From NCBI GenBank assembly GCA_000004985.1, contig GG738851.1: 64,000 nucleotides of DNA, one strand, 5' to 3'. Source of the DNA: Naegleria gruberi (Eukaryota). The translations under genes were made by a program, and so were the position numbers. Numbering within the stretch: the first letter of the stretch is position 1; each line of letters starts with the position of its first letter. Under the pieces are notes generated by a model. The model did no database searches and was not told the DNA's origin. It saw nothing but the letters and a program-made list of their open reading frames with translations. This document shows, piece after piece, positions 46,758 to 58,500 of this stretch.

Positions 46758-48413
46758 CTAGTCAGAAAATGTGAATAGTGTTTCAAATAATTCTTGGAGA
46801 TTTCGTTGAATGGAATGAAGAGCATCTCTTGATATGATTGGTTCCATGCAAGAAAGAGAAATAATGAGCTTGGCAGAGTGTTTCTCATTAGGAGGGAGTG
46901 TGAGAGCGCCACATGCTAAGCATCCAGCCAATGCTGATGTGTTTGCAATTGTGTACATGGAGTGAATAGTCAATGGGGTAGAAGAAAGTTGATAACTTCT
47001 TTTCACAGAATCAAGTTGACCATTATTCGTCACTATAAAGTTAACAGGTAGTCCAGCAAGGAAAACATCATTATTTTCTAATGTTTTGGCCATGGCTGTT
47101 TCTCTAGTGAGAGGAGATTGAAGAACATTTGTCAAAATAAATTGGTTTTCAAAATTGGCTGCGTGATTAGAGAGAATTTGTTTTGCATGACTGACGATGG
47201 TTTTCTTCACATCATAACAGGAATCGAATTTTAAATCCTCAATGAAAACACCCACATGTAAGGAAAGAGTGTTTCCATCCAGAACTTGAGAAAGGTGAGG
47301 AATTTTGCTTAATCCAGTTGGATAACCCACTCTAACACAACTATTTGGATGCAATGGATTTTTGTCATGCTCTCTAGCAGCTTTCAAATAGGCGAGTGAA
47401 AGTAATGGAATAAGGCATGAATTAATTGAGACGCCATGTTGTTTGGTAAAATTTCTAAAGTGCTTTAGAGTGTCCCCTTCAAATTCTAACTTCACCATGC
47501 TAACTGTCTTGTGCTCGTGTCTCCTATCGAATTGGATTAAATATTGGTTAGGTTTGTTGAATATCATCTCCTTGATAAATGGAAAGGCATATTTCAAAGA
47601 TTTCCACTTGGCTGAGAATGAGTTTAATCTTGAATCCATTATTATTTCATCAGTAGATGCAAGTAGTTTCTTAATTTCCACTTGTTCTGTTTCTCTTTCC
47701 ATACTCACATTTTCACATTCTCTCAATACTTGTCCTATAAAATTGGAAATTGAAATTCCGTCTCCTATACTATGATTATATCTCACAATCAAATACAAAT
47801 CATTTCCATTCATATAATAATACAATTCCAATTGAAAATCCTTCTCCAAATCGTAACTCTTTTGTGTGAGTACCTGTTCAATATATTCCTGCATTGGATT
47901 TTCATTCTTCTCAAACTCTTTCATTTCTCCCTCTAAATTAACAATTGGAATGAGAGGAAGATATTGATCATCCATCAATTCAAAAGAAAAAGCCAGTTTT
48001 GAACCCTTTGGATTTCTAATAATTCTACTTCTCAATAGAGGCTGTCCCTTTTGAACTCTATCAACAGCCCTTCTCAATACTCCATCAAAATTAAAAGCCT
48101 TTTCAATTTTAATATGCGCAACTCTAAACACCAAACCATTGCCATACTTTTTCAGAGAGGGAGTCAACATGATTTGTTCATTCGGAGACAAATTTCTTCT
48201 ATCCAGAATATGTCGTTCCTTATCACAATTATTGGTTTTGTAGACATGTGAATTTAAAAGTTGATTGGATTGTGTTGAATAGTTGTAATATGATGATCCT
48301 ATTGTTCTAGAAGTAATTTGGACACTGTTCTTCAGGGATGTTGCAAGCAACAAGGAAGATTTGTGTTGCACTTCTTTAATGGAGCGAACGGAATGCTTTG
48401 CCAATTTAAACAT
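46758..48413 (-). CDS. HxxxD-motif acyltransferase (condensation/CAT-like superfamily), probable mitochondrial presequence
   Basis: 551-aa ORF. 'YNHSIGDGISISNF' (HxxxDG catalytic motif). Basic, hydroxylated N-terminus. Confidence 0.55.
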   Translation of the reverse strand: MFKLAKHSVRSIKEVQHKSSLLLATSLKNSVQITSRTIGSSYYNYSTQSNQLLNSHVYKTNNCDKERHILDRRNLSPNEQIMLTPSLKKYGNGLVFRVAHIKIEKAFNFDGVLRRAVDRVQKGQPLLRSRIIRNPKGSKLAFSFELMDDQYLPLIPIVNLEGEMKEFEKNENPMQEYIEQVLTQKSYDLEKDFQLELYYYMNGNDLYLIVRYNHSIGDGISISNFIGQVLRECENVSMERETEQVEIKKLLASTDEIIMDSRLNSFSAKWKSLKYAFPFIKEMIFNKPNQYLIQFDRRHEHKTVSMVKLEFEGDTLKHFRNFTKQHGVSINSCLIPLLSLAYLKAAREHDKNPLHPNSCVRVGYPTGLSKIPHLSQVLDGNTLSLHVGVFIEDLKFDSCYDVKKTIVSHAKQILSNHAANFENQFILTNVLQSPLTRETAMAKTLENNDVFLAGLPVNFIVTNNGQLDSVKRSYQLSSTPLTIHSMYTIANTSALAGCLACGALTLPPNEKHSAKLIISLSCMEPIISRDALHSIQRNLQELFETLFTFSD

Positions 48414-48470
48414 TTTTTAATAAGAAATCTGAACAGTAAATTAATTACAAAATTAAATTATCAACATATA

Positions 48471-48496
48471 GGGCAAAATATTTCAATTCCGATCAC
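48471..48496 (+). repeat. left terminal inverted repeat
   Basis: See mobile element. Confidence 0.8.
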
Positions 48497-48691
48497 CCTC
48501 GATTTTCGATCATCTTGAACAATTTTAATAGTAAACTTTCAAAGTTTTTATAATGTATATGTAGTAGTGTGGGTCTTCTCTACCCGTATCGTTTGTTTGT
48601 TTTGGTGAATAAATTGTTTTGCAATAAAATTACCAAAGTTTACAACCATGTTTAATATGAAAAAAATATAATTCCGATCACCTTCATCATC

Positions 48692-50474
48692 ATGGTTAAG
48701 AAGAAATTAACAAAAAAGCAGGAACATGAACAACAGCAACAGGAAGAGGAGGAGAAGAGAGAGAAAGCATTAGAATATTATAATACCACAAATGGTGCAT
48801 CCATCAGAAGCGTAGCCAAAAAATTCGACATTCCATATACAACTTTTAATGATCTAGTAAATGGAAGATCATCAATTAATTCACATGCTGGTAGAAAGAC
48901 CTACTTTACTAAAGAGGAAGAGGATGAATTAAAGGAGTGGATATTTGAAAGGAATGATAATAATTTACCTGTCAATGAATATGATGTGATTAACAAAGCC
49001 AACAAGATGTATGAGTACAAGTACAATAAACCAAAAGATCTCTCTGATGGATGGTATCAAGACTTCAGAAGTAGGAATCATGATATTGCTGTTAGAGAAG
49101 CAGAAAGGCTTGAACAAGTTAGAACTGAAAGTGAAAATTCCCAAGTCGTAGAATTATTCTTTGATCAATTAGAGAAGGAAATTAAAAAGAATAACTTAAT
49201 GCCTGACCATATCTATAATTGTGATGAAACAGGAATCCAAAGGAATGAAACTACAGGATACACTCTTGCCAAAAAAAGGAAGTCATCCATCTATGGTAAC
49301 TTCTTCATCTAGAGAAACATGTTCAATACTTGTTTGTGGAAATGCTGCAGGATCATATGTTCCTCCTCTATTTATTTATAAAGGAAAATCCGTATCAGAT
49401 GATATGTTCAGTGATTTGGATAGTAAAGCAACGGTATTTGCTACTGAGAATGGATTTATTACAACAAATTGCTTTTTGAGTTGGATGAAGAAGAACTTTA
49501 TTGAACACATACCTTCAAGTAGACCAGTATTATTATTGTACGATAATCATTCCACTCACTGTGATTCTGATGTGTTGGAATATGCCAAGCAAAATAATAT
49601 TATTGTTATGTCCATTCCACCACACTTGAGTCACTTATATCAACCACTTGATGTAGGTGTTTTCTCATCCATGAAACAAAGTTTCAAACATTTTAATACT
49701 GAGTTCATGAAAAATAATTTAACCTCCTCACCATCCAAAAAAGACTTTACAAAGATATTACATGAAGCATATGAAAATTCTGCATCCCATCATAATATTG
49801 TTAGTGGATTCAAAGAAGCTTGTATTGTACCACTTGATAAGAAGTCAGCACTTGCCAAAATTCAACATTCCAAAAATAGTAATCAAGATGAAAAACCACC
49901 TTCCAAATTTGGAAATTTATTACATGAACCACCAAAACAAACCAAAGAAAAAACCAGAGTGAAAACTAACTTTGTACTAACACGCAACGACTATATGGTA
50001 ACAGCACTAGAAAAAAAAGCAGAAAAAGAAAAACAGAAAAGAAAGAAAGAGGAAGGAAAGACCCTTAGAGAAGCAAAGAAGAAAGCTAAAATCGAAACTC
50101 GTGCCCAAAACACCCTGTTGAAGAAACAGAAGCAACATGGTGTGGTTTGTTCATGTCATCATGCTTGTGGATCTAATCATACATGTAAATGCAAATTGGC
50201 GGGAAAAATGTGTACTATGTATTGTACTTGCCATGCAAAGTGTGCATATTCTATGGATAGAAATCCAACCTCCTCTCCAAGTGCATCATCATCACAAAAT
50301 ATATGCTGCTACTCTGGATGTAAATTTAAAGACGATCATGATGGTATGGTGACATGTTCGACTTGTAAAAAATTATGCCATTCCAAAACATGTACAATGC
50401 CATCAACAGAAACAATCAATGGAAAAGAGATTACCAACATCTTATGTATTGATTGTGGAGAGAAAGAGCCATGA
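48692..50474 (+). CDS. pogo-type transposase (CENP-B/Tc5-like HTH + DDE_1 domain + C-terminal Cys-rich CXC-like tail), reading frame broken by a +/-1 shift at an A7 tract (49271..49277)
   Basis: Frame 1 (48692..49312) reads '..CDETGIQ..TLAKKRKS'. Frame 2 (49221..50474) reads '..GSHPSMVTSSSRETCSILVCGNAAGSYVPPLFIYKGK...LLLYDNHSTHC...PPHLSHLYQPLDVGVF'. One extra A in the A7 run would fuse them ('TLAKKGSHPS'). C-terminal 'CSCHHACGSNHTCKCKLAGKMCTMYCTCHAKC'. Confidence 0.75.
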
Positions 50475-50537
50475 CTTCCCAATGACTTTTCAAATAAATC
50501 AACAATTTATTGCTGCACCAGTGATCGGAATTTGAAT

Positions 50538-50563
50538 GTGATCGGAATTAAATTATTTTGCCC
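50538..50563 (-). repeat. right terminal inverted repeat
   Basis: See mobile element. Confidence 0.8.
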
Positions 50564-50922
50564 TAATAGTTGGAAATTTAAATCCGTAGGTACTTGTATC
50601 CTCTCCAGAACGAAGATACAATTTCATTGGAATTTGTTGATGACGAGTTGAATTTTTGAAAATTTCGGACAATAATTAAAATTGTAATTTTTAAATGTAA
50701 CGGTAAAGATTTTAAAAAAATTAAGAAATTCCATCCTCACTTTATTCATATTATTACATAATGATGAACAAACACTCTAAAAGGTTGCGTTGGGGTATGG
50801 ACATCTTCATTAAAATTGAAGTCCACTCAGTAAGCGAGCACTTTCTCCACTCATCATCATGCTAAGGAATTTAGGCTTCTTGATTGTCATCATTTACAAT
50901 ATCAAAAAAAACACAAGAGAGA

Positions 50923-51795
50923 ATGGTCTTTGAATTAACTTATTTCGGAATTGCTGGTCGTGCTGTAAGTAAAAGAGAGTTTTTATTGGAGAGATTAATG
51001 AAATAATTCGTAATGTGCTTGGAATGGAATATTCAACATGATCAACTTTTTAATTTCGGCTTTTTGTATGTGATCATCAACATGAATGTACATTCCTTGA
51101 TCATCACAATTTATTATTAAATTCCACTATATTTGGATAATGATTGTTATATGAAATTATTAACATACTAATTGTACCTTTTATTACATCATCAATATAT
51201 TGTAGGAAGCAATCAAGCTTATTGCTGAAGTTGGAGGTACCCAATACACCTTTACACCAGTTTCCTTCCAAGATTGGCCTAAAGTAAAGCCAACAACCAA
51301 GTATGGCCAATTGCCAGTATTGAAAAACTCTGAAGATGAAAGCTTTGAGCTATGCCAAAGTATTGCAATTGCTAGATTTTTCGCTCGTGAAGGTAACTTG
51401 TACCCAACATTGAACGTTGATGCTTCCTTCTCTGATGAATATGTCAACACTATCAAGGTATGTTAAATTCTATTCACATTTATTGAACTATACAATAGGA
51501 TTTAAATGATGCCTATTTCAAAGCAATCTTCTCTCCAAATAAGGAAGAAGAATTGAGAAAGTACTATGAAGGACCATTCGTTCAAACATTGGCTGCATTG
51601 GAAAAGGAAGTCAAACCAAGTGGTTTCCTTGTGGGTACTGCCTTGAGTTGGGCTGATTTATTCTTATTCGATTTATTGTCAGGAGTTGGCAAGGACAAGG
51701 AATTGCCAACTAAATTGGCTGCTCTTAAGGAAACTATTGCAGCCAATCCTAAAGTTATTGAATATTATCAGTCAGATAGAAATTTAAGAAAGTAA
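50923..51795 (+). CDS. sigma-class glutathione S-transferase (HPGDS-like), 3 exons
   Basis: join(50923..50964,51206..51457,51499..51795). Introns 241 nt (GTAAGT..TTGTAG) and 41 nt (GTATGT..CAATAG), both phase 0. 'LTYFGIAGRAEAIKLI...YGQLPVLK...SIAIARFFA'. Confidence 0.8.
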
Positions 51796-51892
51796 ATTCT
51801 AGAGTTTATTCTTCAAATACATTTGCTTCAATTTCAAATCCTAATTCAATTTCAAATTTTAAAGCAAAATTACAAAATCAAACTTTAAAAAA

Positions 51893-53512
51893 ATGGTCTT
51901 TAAATCAGCTCTTCATGATGAATACGATATCAAGAATCTCTCTGTTCATTCCTCCGTTAAAGTAGTGAATGGATTTTCCGTAGAGAGAAAGGCAACTTTT
52001 GTTTTCTTGTCGAATCTTGGAGTTTGTTTTAATATTGGTCTTCCGATTGATGTTATTGATCGTGATTCCAAGTTTGTTGTCAATGATAAACAAAATCATG
52101 TGATTAATTATTTGTGTTTGACTGATGTATTGAGTGAAAATATTCAAGGATTAATTTCACTTGTGGAAGACAAGGTAGAATTATTTAGCAGAGGAAAGTT
52201 GACAACCAAGTTGAAGATTTTCATTTCGGAAAAGAAGAGCGAGCTCATCACCAATATTTGTAGAGGAATTGTTGATGGAAGAGGGAATATGAGTGATGTT
52301 GTCGAAGTTATTGGAATTAGTGACTTTTTCAAGAGCTTTGAATTACCAAATTCACTCGAATTGAAAGCTTTCCCTGTCAATGATGAAAATACTGAAGTTG
52401 GTTATTCAATTGTGGAAAAGAAGAAGAAATTGAAAGCTGAATTGGCTGAGCAAGTTAAGAATTTAAAGGCAAACGAAAAGAAATTATTCATGCAAGATGA
52501 AAATAATTTTGAAATTACAGAAAGTATTGTTTTTACCTTTGTCAGACAATTGGATATCTCTTCAAAGGTTATGGAGTGTAATAAGGTCATTCTCTCTAAT
52601 TCTAATACTTTGTGTATTGGTTGTTCAGAGTTGCAACACTATTTGGGTTACAATGAAAGTGATAAGACAGTCAAGCAAAATTCAACTCTTGATATTGTCA
52701 ACTTGAACAAATATGTTCTCGACCATTTTAATGGAAAGAATCTCATTTTGACCTACTTGCCAAAGAATCTGTGTCTAGATGGTGATTGTGACATGTATTG
52801 TTTCATTATTCCACGTATTCCAAAAGATCAAAGAAAGAAACTCAAACTCTTATCTCATCGACCAAAACTTGTCGAATCTACACCTAACCCATATAGTCTT
52901 GAGGAAATTAAGGAAATTCACAACAAGAGACAATGGATTGAATACGAAACCAAGTATTTGGATAAGAGTGAATACATGTATGGACAACGTGGATTCTACA
53001 TGGGAGGTGGTTCACAAAAAGCCAAGAAAGTTGAACAGCTCAAGACTCAATATCCTCGTGGTTATATTGTTGCATATGATTTTGAAGGAAATTACATTGA
53101 TAGATCATCTGCTTTTGCTTTCTATGAGGATTCTTATTATACTTTCTTACAAGAACACCCAGAAATTTTGGATAATATTTGTGAGAATTACATTGATGTC
53201 TATGATACAGAACCAAGTAATATTCTAAGTGGATATGATTACAGCATTCAAGAACAAGGAAAGGCAACTCACTTACAAGATATTGCCCTTAGAAGAGCTA
53301 TCAAACGATTGGGAAGAGAACTCAAAGGAAAGGAGCTCGTTCAAGTTAGAGGTTATCGTACTAAATTATTCTGCCTCAATCCTGCCATGGTTGTTTTCCA
53401 TAAGAGAGCAAGTATTATTCAACCAGAAATCACTGAAGAATTCATGTTGGAAGGAAGTATTGAAAGCTTTTGGCAGAGTAATAAGGTCATTCTCACTCCA
53501 CAAGAAAAATAG
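51893..53512 (+). CDS. hypothetical protein (539 aa), lies between two GST paralogues
   Basis: Uninterrupted ORF. No recognisable domain. Internal repeat of 'NKVIL'. Confidence 0.5.
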   Translation: MVFKSALHDEYDIKNLSVHSSVKVVNGFSVERKATFVFLSNLGVCFNIGLPIDVIDRDSKFVVNDKQNHVINYLCLTDVLSENIQGLISLVEDKVELFSRGKLTTKLKIFISEKKSELITNICRGIVDGRGNMSDVVEVIGISDFFKSFELPNSLELKAFPVNDENTEVGYSIVEKKKKLKAELAEQVKNLKANEKKLFMQDENNFEITESIVFTFVRQLDISSKVMECNKVILSNSNTLCIGCSELQHYLGYNESDKTVKQNSTLDIVNLNKYVLDHFNGKNLILTYLPKNLCLDGDCDMYCFIIPRIPKDQRKKLKLLSHRPKLVESTPNPYSLEEIKEIHNKRQWIEYETKYLDKSEYMYGQRGFYMGGGSQKAKKVEQLKTQYPRGYIVAYDFEGNYIDRSSAFAFYEDSYYTFLQEHPEILDNICENYIDVYDTEPSNILSGYDYSIQEQGKATHLQDIALRRAIKRLGRELKGKELVQVRGYRTKLFCLNPAMVVFHKRASIIQPEITEEFMLEGSIESFWQSNKVILTPQEK

Positions 53513-53792
53513 CTTGTTCGAATAAAATAATAAATCGAATAAGATAAACGAAATCAAATTGTACACTTCGGTACTCGGTAATCTAACAATTTCCTCAACA
53601 AACAATTGTGCGCCAATTAATAGTGGACATTTGTTTACAATAATCGGTAACGCACAGCCGACTTATTGTAAACTATTCAGATAATACATCCTGAGTAGAA
53701 AGGACTAATTTTTGGTATAAATTCAACTCGAATTACATTGCATTATTTCATATCAAAAACAAACAACCAATTTGAATTAACAACAATCAAAC

Positions 53793-54404
53793 ATGACTCT
53801 CGAAATCTTTTACTTTGAAGGACCTGGAAGAGCTGAAATTCTCAAACTCATTGCTCACGTAGTTAATGTCGATTACAAGTTTACCAGCATTCCACGTGAC
53901 CAATGGCCAGCCCAAAAGGAAAATGCAAGATATGGTCAACTTCCATACTTGAAAATTAATGACAAGTGGACACTTTATCAAACCATTGCAATTGCCAGAT
54001 ATCTTGCTCAACAAGGTGATTTGTATCCATCTAACATTGAAGAAGCAACCAAATCTGAAGAATACGTTGCAGCTTTGGATGAACTCTTGATAAAGTTTAT
54101 TAGAGTTTTCTTCGTTGCTTCAGAAGAAAGTAGGGAACAAGAATTAAAGACCTTCCTTGAAGGACCTGTTAAGACTATCCTTGGTGCCTTGGAAAAGATT
54201 TTGGAAGAGAATGGAGATGGTCATCTCATTAAGGGAAAGCTCACTTGGGCTGATTTTATCTTGTTGGATATTGTCTGTTTTTTCCAATTCAAGAATGTTG
54301 ATGTGAGTCACTTGACACATATTTTGAAATCCAAGGAAGTCATTAAAGCCCTTCCAAGATTCCAAGACTACGTCACCAAAGACTACAATTTTAGACAGTT
54401 TTAA
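53793..54404 (+). CDS. sigma-class glutathione S-transferase (second paralogue, intronless)
   Basis: 'MTLEIFYFEGPGRAEILKLI...YGQLPYLK...TIAIARYLA'. Same fold as the gene at 50923. Confidence 0.8.
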   Translation: MTLEIFYFEGPGRAEILKLIAHVVNVDYKFTSIPRDQWPAQKENARYGQLPYLKINDKWTLYQTIAIARYLAQQGDLYPSNIEEATKSEEYVAALDELLIKFIRVFFVASEESREQELKTFLEGPVKTILGALEKILEENGDGHLIKGKLTWADFILLDIVCFFQFKNVDVSHLTHILKSKEVIKALPRFQDYVTKDYNFRQF

Positions 54405-54689
54405 AGTTCGATAGTTTAACAATTTTCTTTCATTTCCATCACATTCTTGATTTTTGAATAAAAAATAAAAATTTTAATATTAAATTTTAAAAAAAATACG
54501 AAGAAAAATAACAAACGAGTTGATCGCTAAATTTTACACTTGTGGGAAAATGTCTGATCCGAATGATGACTCGGCTGATGTGAAGAGAAGAGATAAAAAA
54601 TCAGCAAAATGTCCATATTGTATGTAGTTTTGATCATCACGGATTGATAACGTTAAATTTTATAATAATTAATTTGTGGATCAATAATT

Positions 54690-55373
54690 GTGGATATTGT
54701 TCCGATTAATCTTTATCGGATTGTCATCATCATGCTGTTAATAGGCTATTATCATCAAAAGAAAAATTGTAAAGAAGTAACTGCTCTCAAACCCTTCATA
54801 GAACCAATATTAAATAGTGATAACATGTTTAGTGGACTTAGGAATAGAGAAGTTAAAGCAGTAATTGATACAATGAAGAATAAGAAGAATCCCTCTATTA
54901 AATATATTATTGATGCAGAATTGGAATTTTTTAAGAATGATGCCCGTAAATCAATACCAAACCTTTATTGGTCAACCATAGGAGACATGTATGACAAGAT
55001 TGTAAAAAAATTGAGGGAGCTTGCAGATAAAGAGGAAAAAGATCCATCTGCCTCTAATACAGTGGTGACCACTCCGGGACGTCAGATTTTTCTTGTCACT
55101 CAAGTAAATGGAGATGACTATGTGGCCGAATTGGATATCAATAAGGACTTTGTTAATCTGCAATCCTTTAATGCTGCAATGACTCCTTTTTTTAGTGGAA
55201 TTGATTTTAGCAAGTATGCTACTTGTTTTGACTATTGGAGATGCAGCCCTCCAATACGTATTGCATTAGTGAATGATAGTGCAGTTCACGCACTTAAAGA
55301 ATATTCAGAGCAGTGTGAGAAGGAAGGTCGATTGGAGGTAGCACTGCAATTTGTTAGCTTACCACAATTGTAA
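54690..55373 (+). CDS. hypothetical protein with N-terminal hydrophobic segment
   Basis: ORF. The annotated start is a GTG. The first ATG is at ~54732 ('MLLIGYYHQKK'). Probable signal or anchor. Confidence 0.4.
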   Translation: MDIVPINLYRIVIIMLLIGYYHQKKNCKEVTALKPFIEPILNSDNMFSGLRNREVKAVIDTMKNKKNPSIKYIIDAELEFFKNDARKSIPNLYWSTIGDMYDKIVKKLRELADKEEKDPSASNTVVTTPGRQIFLVTQVNGDDYVAELDINKDFVNLQSFNAAMTPFFSGIDFSKYATCFDYWRCSPPIRIALVNDSAVHALKEYSEQCEKEGRLEVALQFVSLPQL

Positions 55374-55526
55374 TTGGCCCTTATGTCAAGAAACCAAATG
55401 GAATCATTTTAGATTAGCCCTTCTACCAATGTTCCATTTTAATTCCAAAACTGTTGGGCTTGAGCGAGAGGCACCAATAGCATCAAACTCTGCAGAAAAA
55501 AAAAAGCACTTCCAATTCCAATAAAT

Positions 55527-58500
55527 ATGTTGCAGAGCTGTGCAAGAAGAGAGAAAAACTGGGTGCTGAGTTTCGCTCTAATTATCCTTTACAACATGCT
55601 GATCACACTTCTCATCCTACAAGAACCAACACATGCAACCATGTGTAGATTTGGATCACCAACATTTAATCAAAGAGATTTGTGTTCATCTGTTACAGAA
55701 GGATCATTCCGTCCTTCATGGTGCAGTGAACATAATCCTTTTGCTGCTGTGCCTCACTTGTTTAGTGACAACAAGTTTCCGAAGTGGTTAAATGTAGAGG
55801 ATGGAGCAATTTGTTCCACATCTCAGCCATACATATTCAGCTATATCAATGGAACACTGATTGATAGACCTCAAAGTGAAGATCCAAACAAATACATCTC
55901 ACCAAGAGATAAATGTAGATATATTTCAAAAATTAACACCATAGAGTTTACTGCCTCAGATGACAAGAATCCACAACGATATGTGGTATTGGGTTTAGTA
56001 TCTGGTCAGATTATTCTTATGAACTTTAACAGTGATGAGACGTACTCAGTGGGAAAGACTGATGATATGACCAATATTAGAACATTGGAAACTTTGACAA
56101 ATGGAACTGATTTATATGTGTCCAGTGTTTCTTTTGGTAATTCTGTTTCGTTATTTTATGGTACATCCAATAAGATAGACAACGTTAGATCATGTGGAAA
56201 TATTTTAGAGGTTGAACCAGACAGCGAATATGCACCTGATGTAAGGTTAATCGTGCATGAGAGAAAAATTTATGCATCAGTTGTTGTTTACAATAGTGTA
56301 GAGCAGAGCTTCTACATTCACTTTTACAGACTCTTTGGTTGTTCCTTTACAAAAGAGTTCCAATACAAGATTAAGGAGAAATGGGATTCAAATCTTGACT
56401 TTAAGGTTTCCTCTCAAGTAGGAGGATTCAAGAATAGTCTTACAACGCAAAGTTACCAAAGTGTTAGAACACTATTACAATTTTACACAACCAAGCATGT
56501 GAAAATTATTGAAATGACAACCAAGAATATTGAAATGGATTTGACTACTGTCGATGATTCTACCTTCTTTGTGGCTAATAGCACTGAAGTGATTACGGGC
56601 GCCACTATTGCTTATGAACAAATTAGAAGAGTTGATTTTAGCCAATCTTCTTGTGTTAAAGTTGTTGCAAATAAGGCTCAAGGAGCCAATTTGCTGGTTA
56701 CTCTTAATAGAAATGGTCAGACCATTTTAAGAGCAAGAAACCTGTTAGAGTTTGCAAATTATGCATTCTTTGAAAACCCTGACAGATCTTACTCTAATCC
56801 AGTAGGTAGAACTGTTCAGTGCAATATTTTGAATGGAACATTCTACGATACTAGAACTAGTAGCTGTGTACCATGTTATGAAACAGAGACAGTAATTACA
56901 GAAATTGGTTCTGGAGAGGAAATTCAAGAAATAAGGTAGGTAGTGGATTAATTTTTTCTTTCTAATGTTTTTGCAAAAAAAGAACGAGATTCCATAATGT
57001 ACCGATGGATTATGCTCAATTCTTTGATATTGACTTGGCTGAAAAGCTTGATATTAACGCACTCTGCTATGATATTATGCAAACACCTGCTCTTGCTAGC
57101 TTGTGTCAACAAAACCTCAATCAATCCAATTGTGCTCTAGAGGTCTTTTCCACTTTTGGTCAAACGTTTCTTCCAAACTTGTTGAGTGATTTTTGGGTTA
57201 ATCAAGTATTCATTTCCAAGACAGGTAAAGAAGTTCTAGTTTATGGCCTCCAACAAGAGATGTGTTCTCTTAATGGATTATATCTTGATACTTACAACAA
57301 GATTAGTTTATTGGGAGAGAGTGATTTTATGGATATTACCAGAAATGCACAACACATGTTCGTAACAATTTCAAGAGAACGTTGGGAGCTTCAATCTATT
57401 AATCGATTCTATAGCATTTGTAAGCAATTAGAAATTAATCCTGATGACCCATTCTTGAAACCATTTGCTGAACAATGTAAAGCCAATACACCAACTCCCG
57501 TCACACTCAATCAATTTGGACAATATACATCTAGCTGCTTTAGTGGAATGTCATGCCCATCACTTAAAGAGGTAGAAATAGTCAAAGTTCCTGATGGATA
57601 TTACACATCAAGACCTAACGCTGTGAAGGAATGTGAAAGTACCTATTTCTGTTACCAAGGCATCAGACAAAAATGTCCTCAAGGGTTTAAATGTCCTTAC
57701 AATAAGATGAACAAACCAATTGCTTGTAAATTTTCAAATCAAAATGGAAGGAGAAGAGATGTCAATTCTTGGGATACACCAAAGGGATCAGATACATGTT
57801 TCTCACCAGGAAACAGTGTTGCTCAACCATGCCTTAACGGAACAATTTGTGTTACTCCTTATTTCCCACCACTTCCTATTTCACCTGGGTTATATCTAGA
57901 AGGAAACAAGATTAGAAAATGTAATGTTGGTGATTATTGTAATTTGGGTCGTTTTGTTGGCTCGAACGAAAATAGTTCAGTATTACAATGCCCTGAAAAC
58001 ACTTATTGTCCTGAGCCAGCGATAATGGAACCATCTCTGTGTATTCCAAATGAAACTATGGCATTGTACTGCCCTTCTGGAACAACAACAAGAATGCCCT
58101 GCAATAGGGGATACTATTGTCCAAGACCTAGTATCCAAACACCTTGTAAATTGACTCAATATTGCGATGTTGGATCCTACGTCCCATCTCCTTGCCCAGC
58201 TGGCTATTACTGTCCATCACCTTCAGAGAAATTGATTTGTCCAAAGGGTTATTATTGTGTTGTGGGTAGTGTGTACCCAACTGGTTGTCCAACCTTCTCA
58301 ATCTGTCCAGAAGGAACCAAGGCCTATGAGGATTATGCATTGGGTGTTTTAATTGATATTTTAATTGCTGCAGCTGTTTTCTTGACTTACAAAATTTACG
58401 TATGGACCAAAGCATGTTGGAATAAATTCCAAGAAAAGAGAAGAAATAAGAAGAAGGAAGAAAGAGCTCAAAAAGTACTTAGCACTGCTCAGTTGGATCC

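Larger units (their letters stand above)
48471..50563 (+). mobile_element. pogo/Tigger (Fot1)-like DNA transposon, ~2.1 kb, 26-bp TIRs, TA target-site duplication
   Basis: Left TIR 48471..48496 'gggcaaaatatttcaattccgatcac'. Right TIR 50538..50563 (reverse complement 'gggcaaaataatttaattccgatcac', 23/26 match). Flanking TA dinucleotides at 48469/70 and 50564/65. Subterminal copies of 'aattccgatcacc' at 48670..48682 and 'gtgatcggaatt' at 50521..50532. Internal DDE transposase. Confidence 0.85.

Noticed and set aside
54551-54628. 25-codon ORF 'MSDPNDDSADVKRRDKKSAKCPYCM' ending in a GTATGT donor-like sequence upstream of gene 54690..55373
   Set aside because: There is no AG dinucleotide between the putative donor and the downstream ORF, so it cannot be a spliced 5' exon. 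It is possibly a uORF, or nothing.
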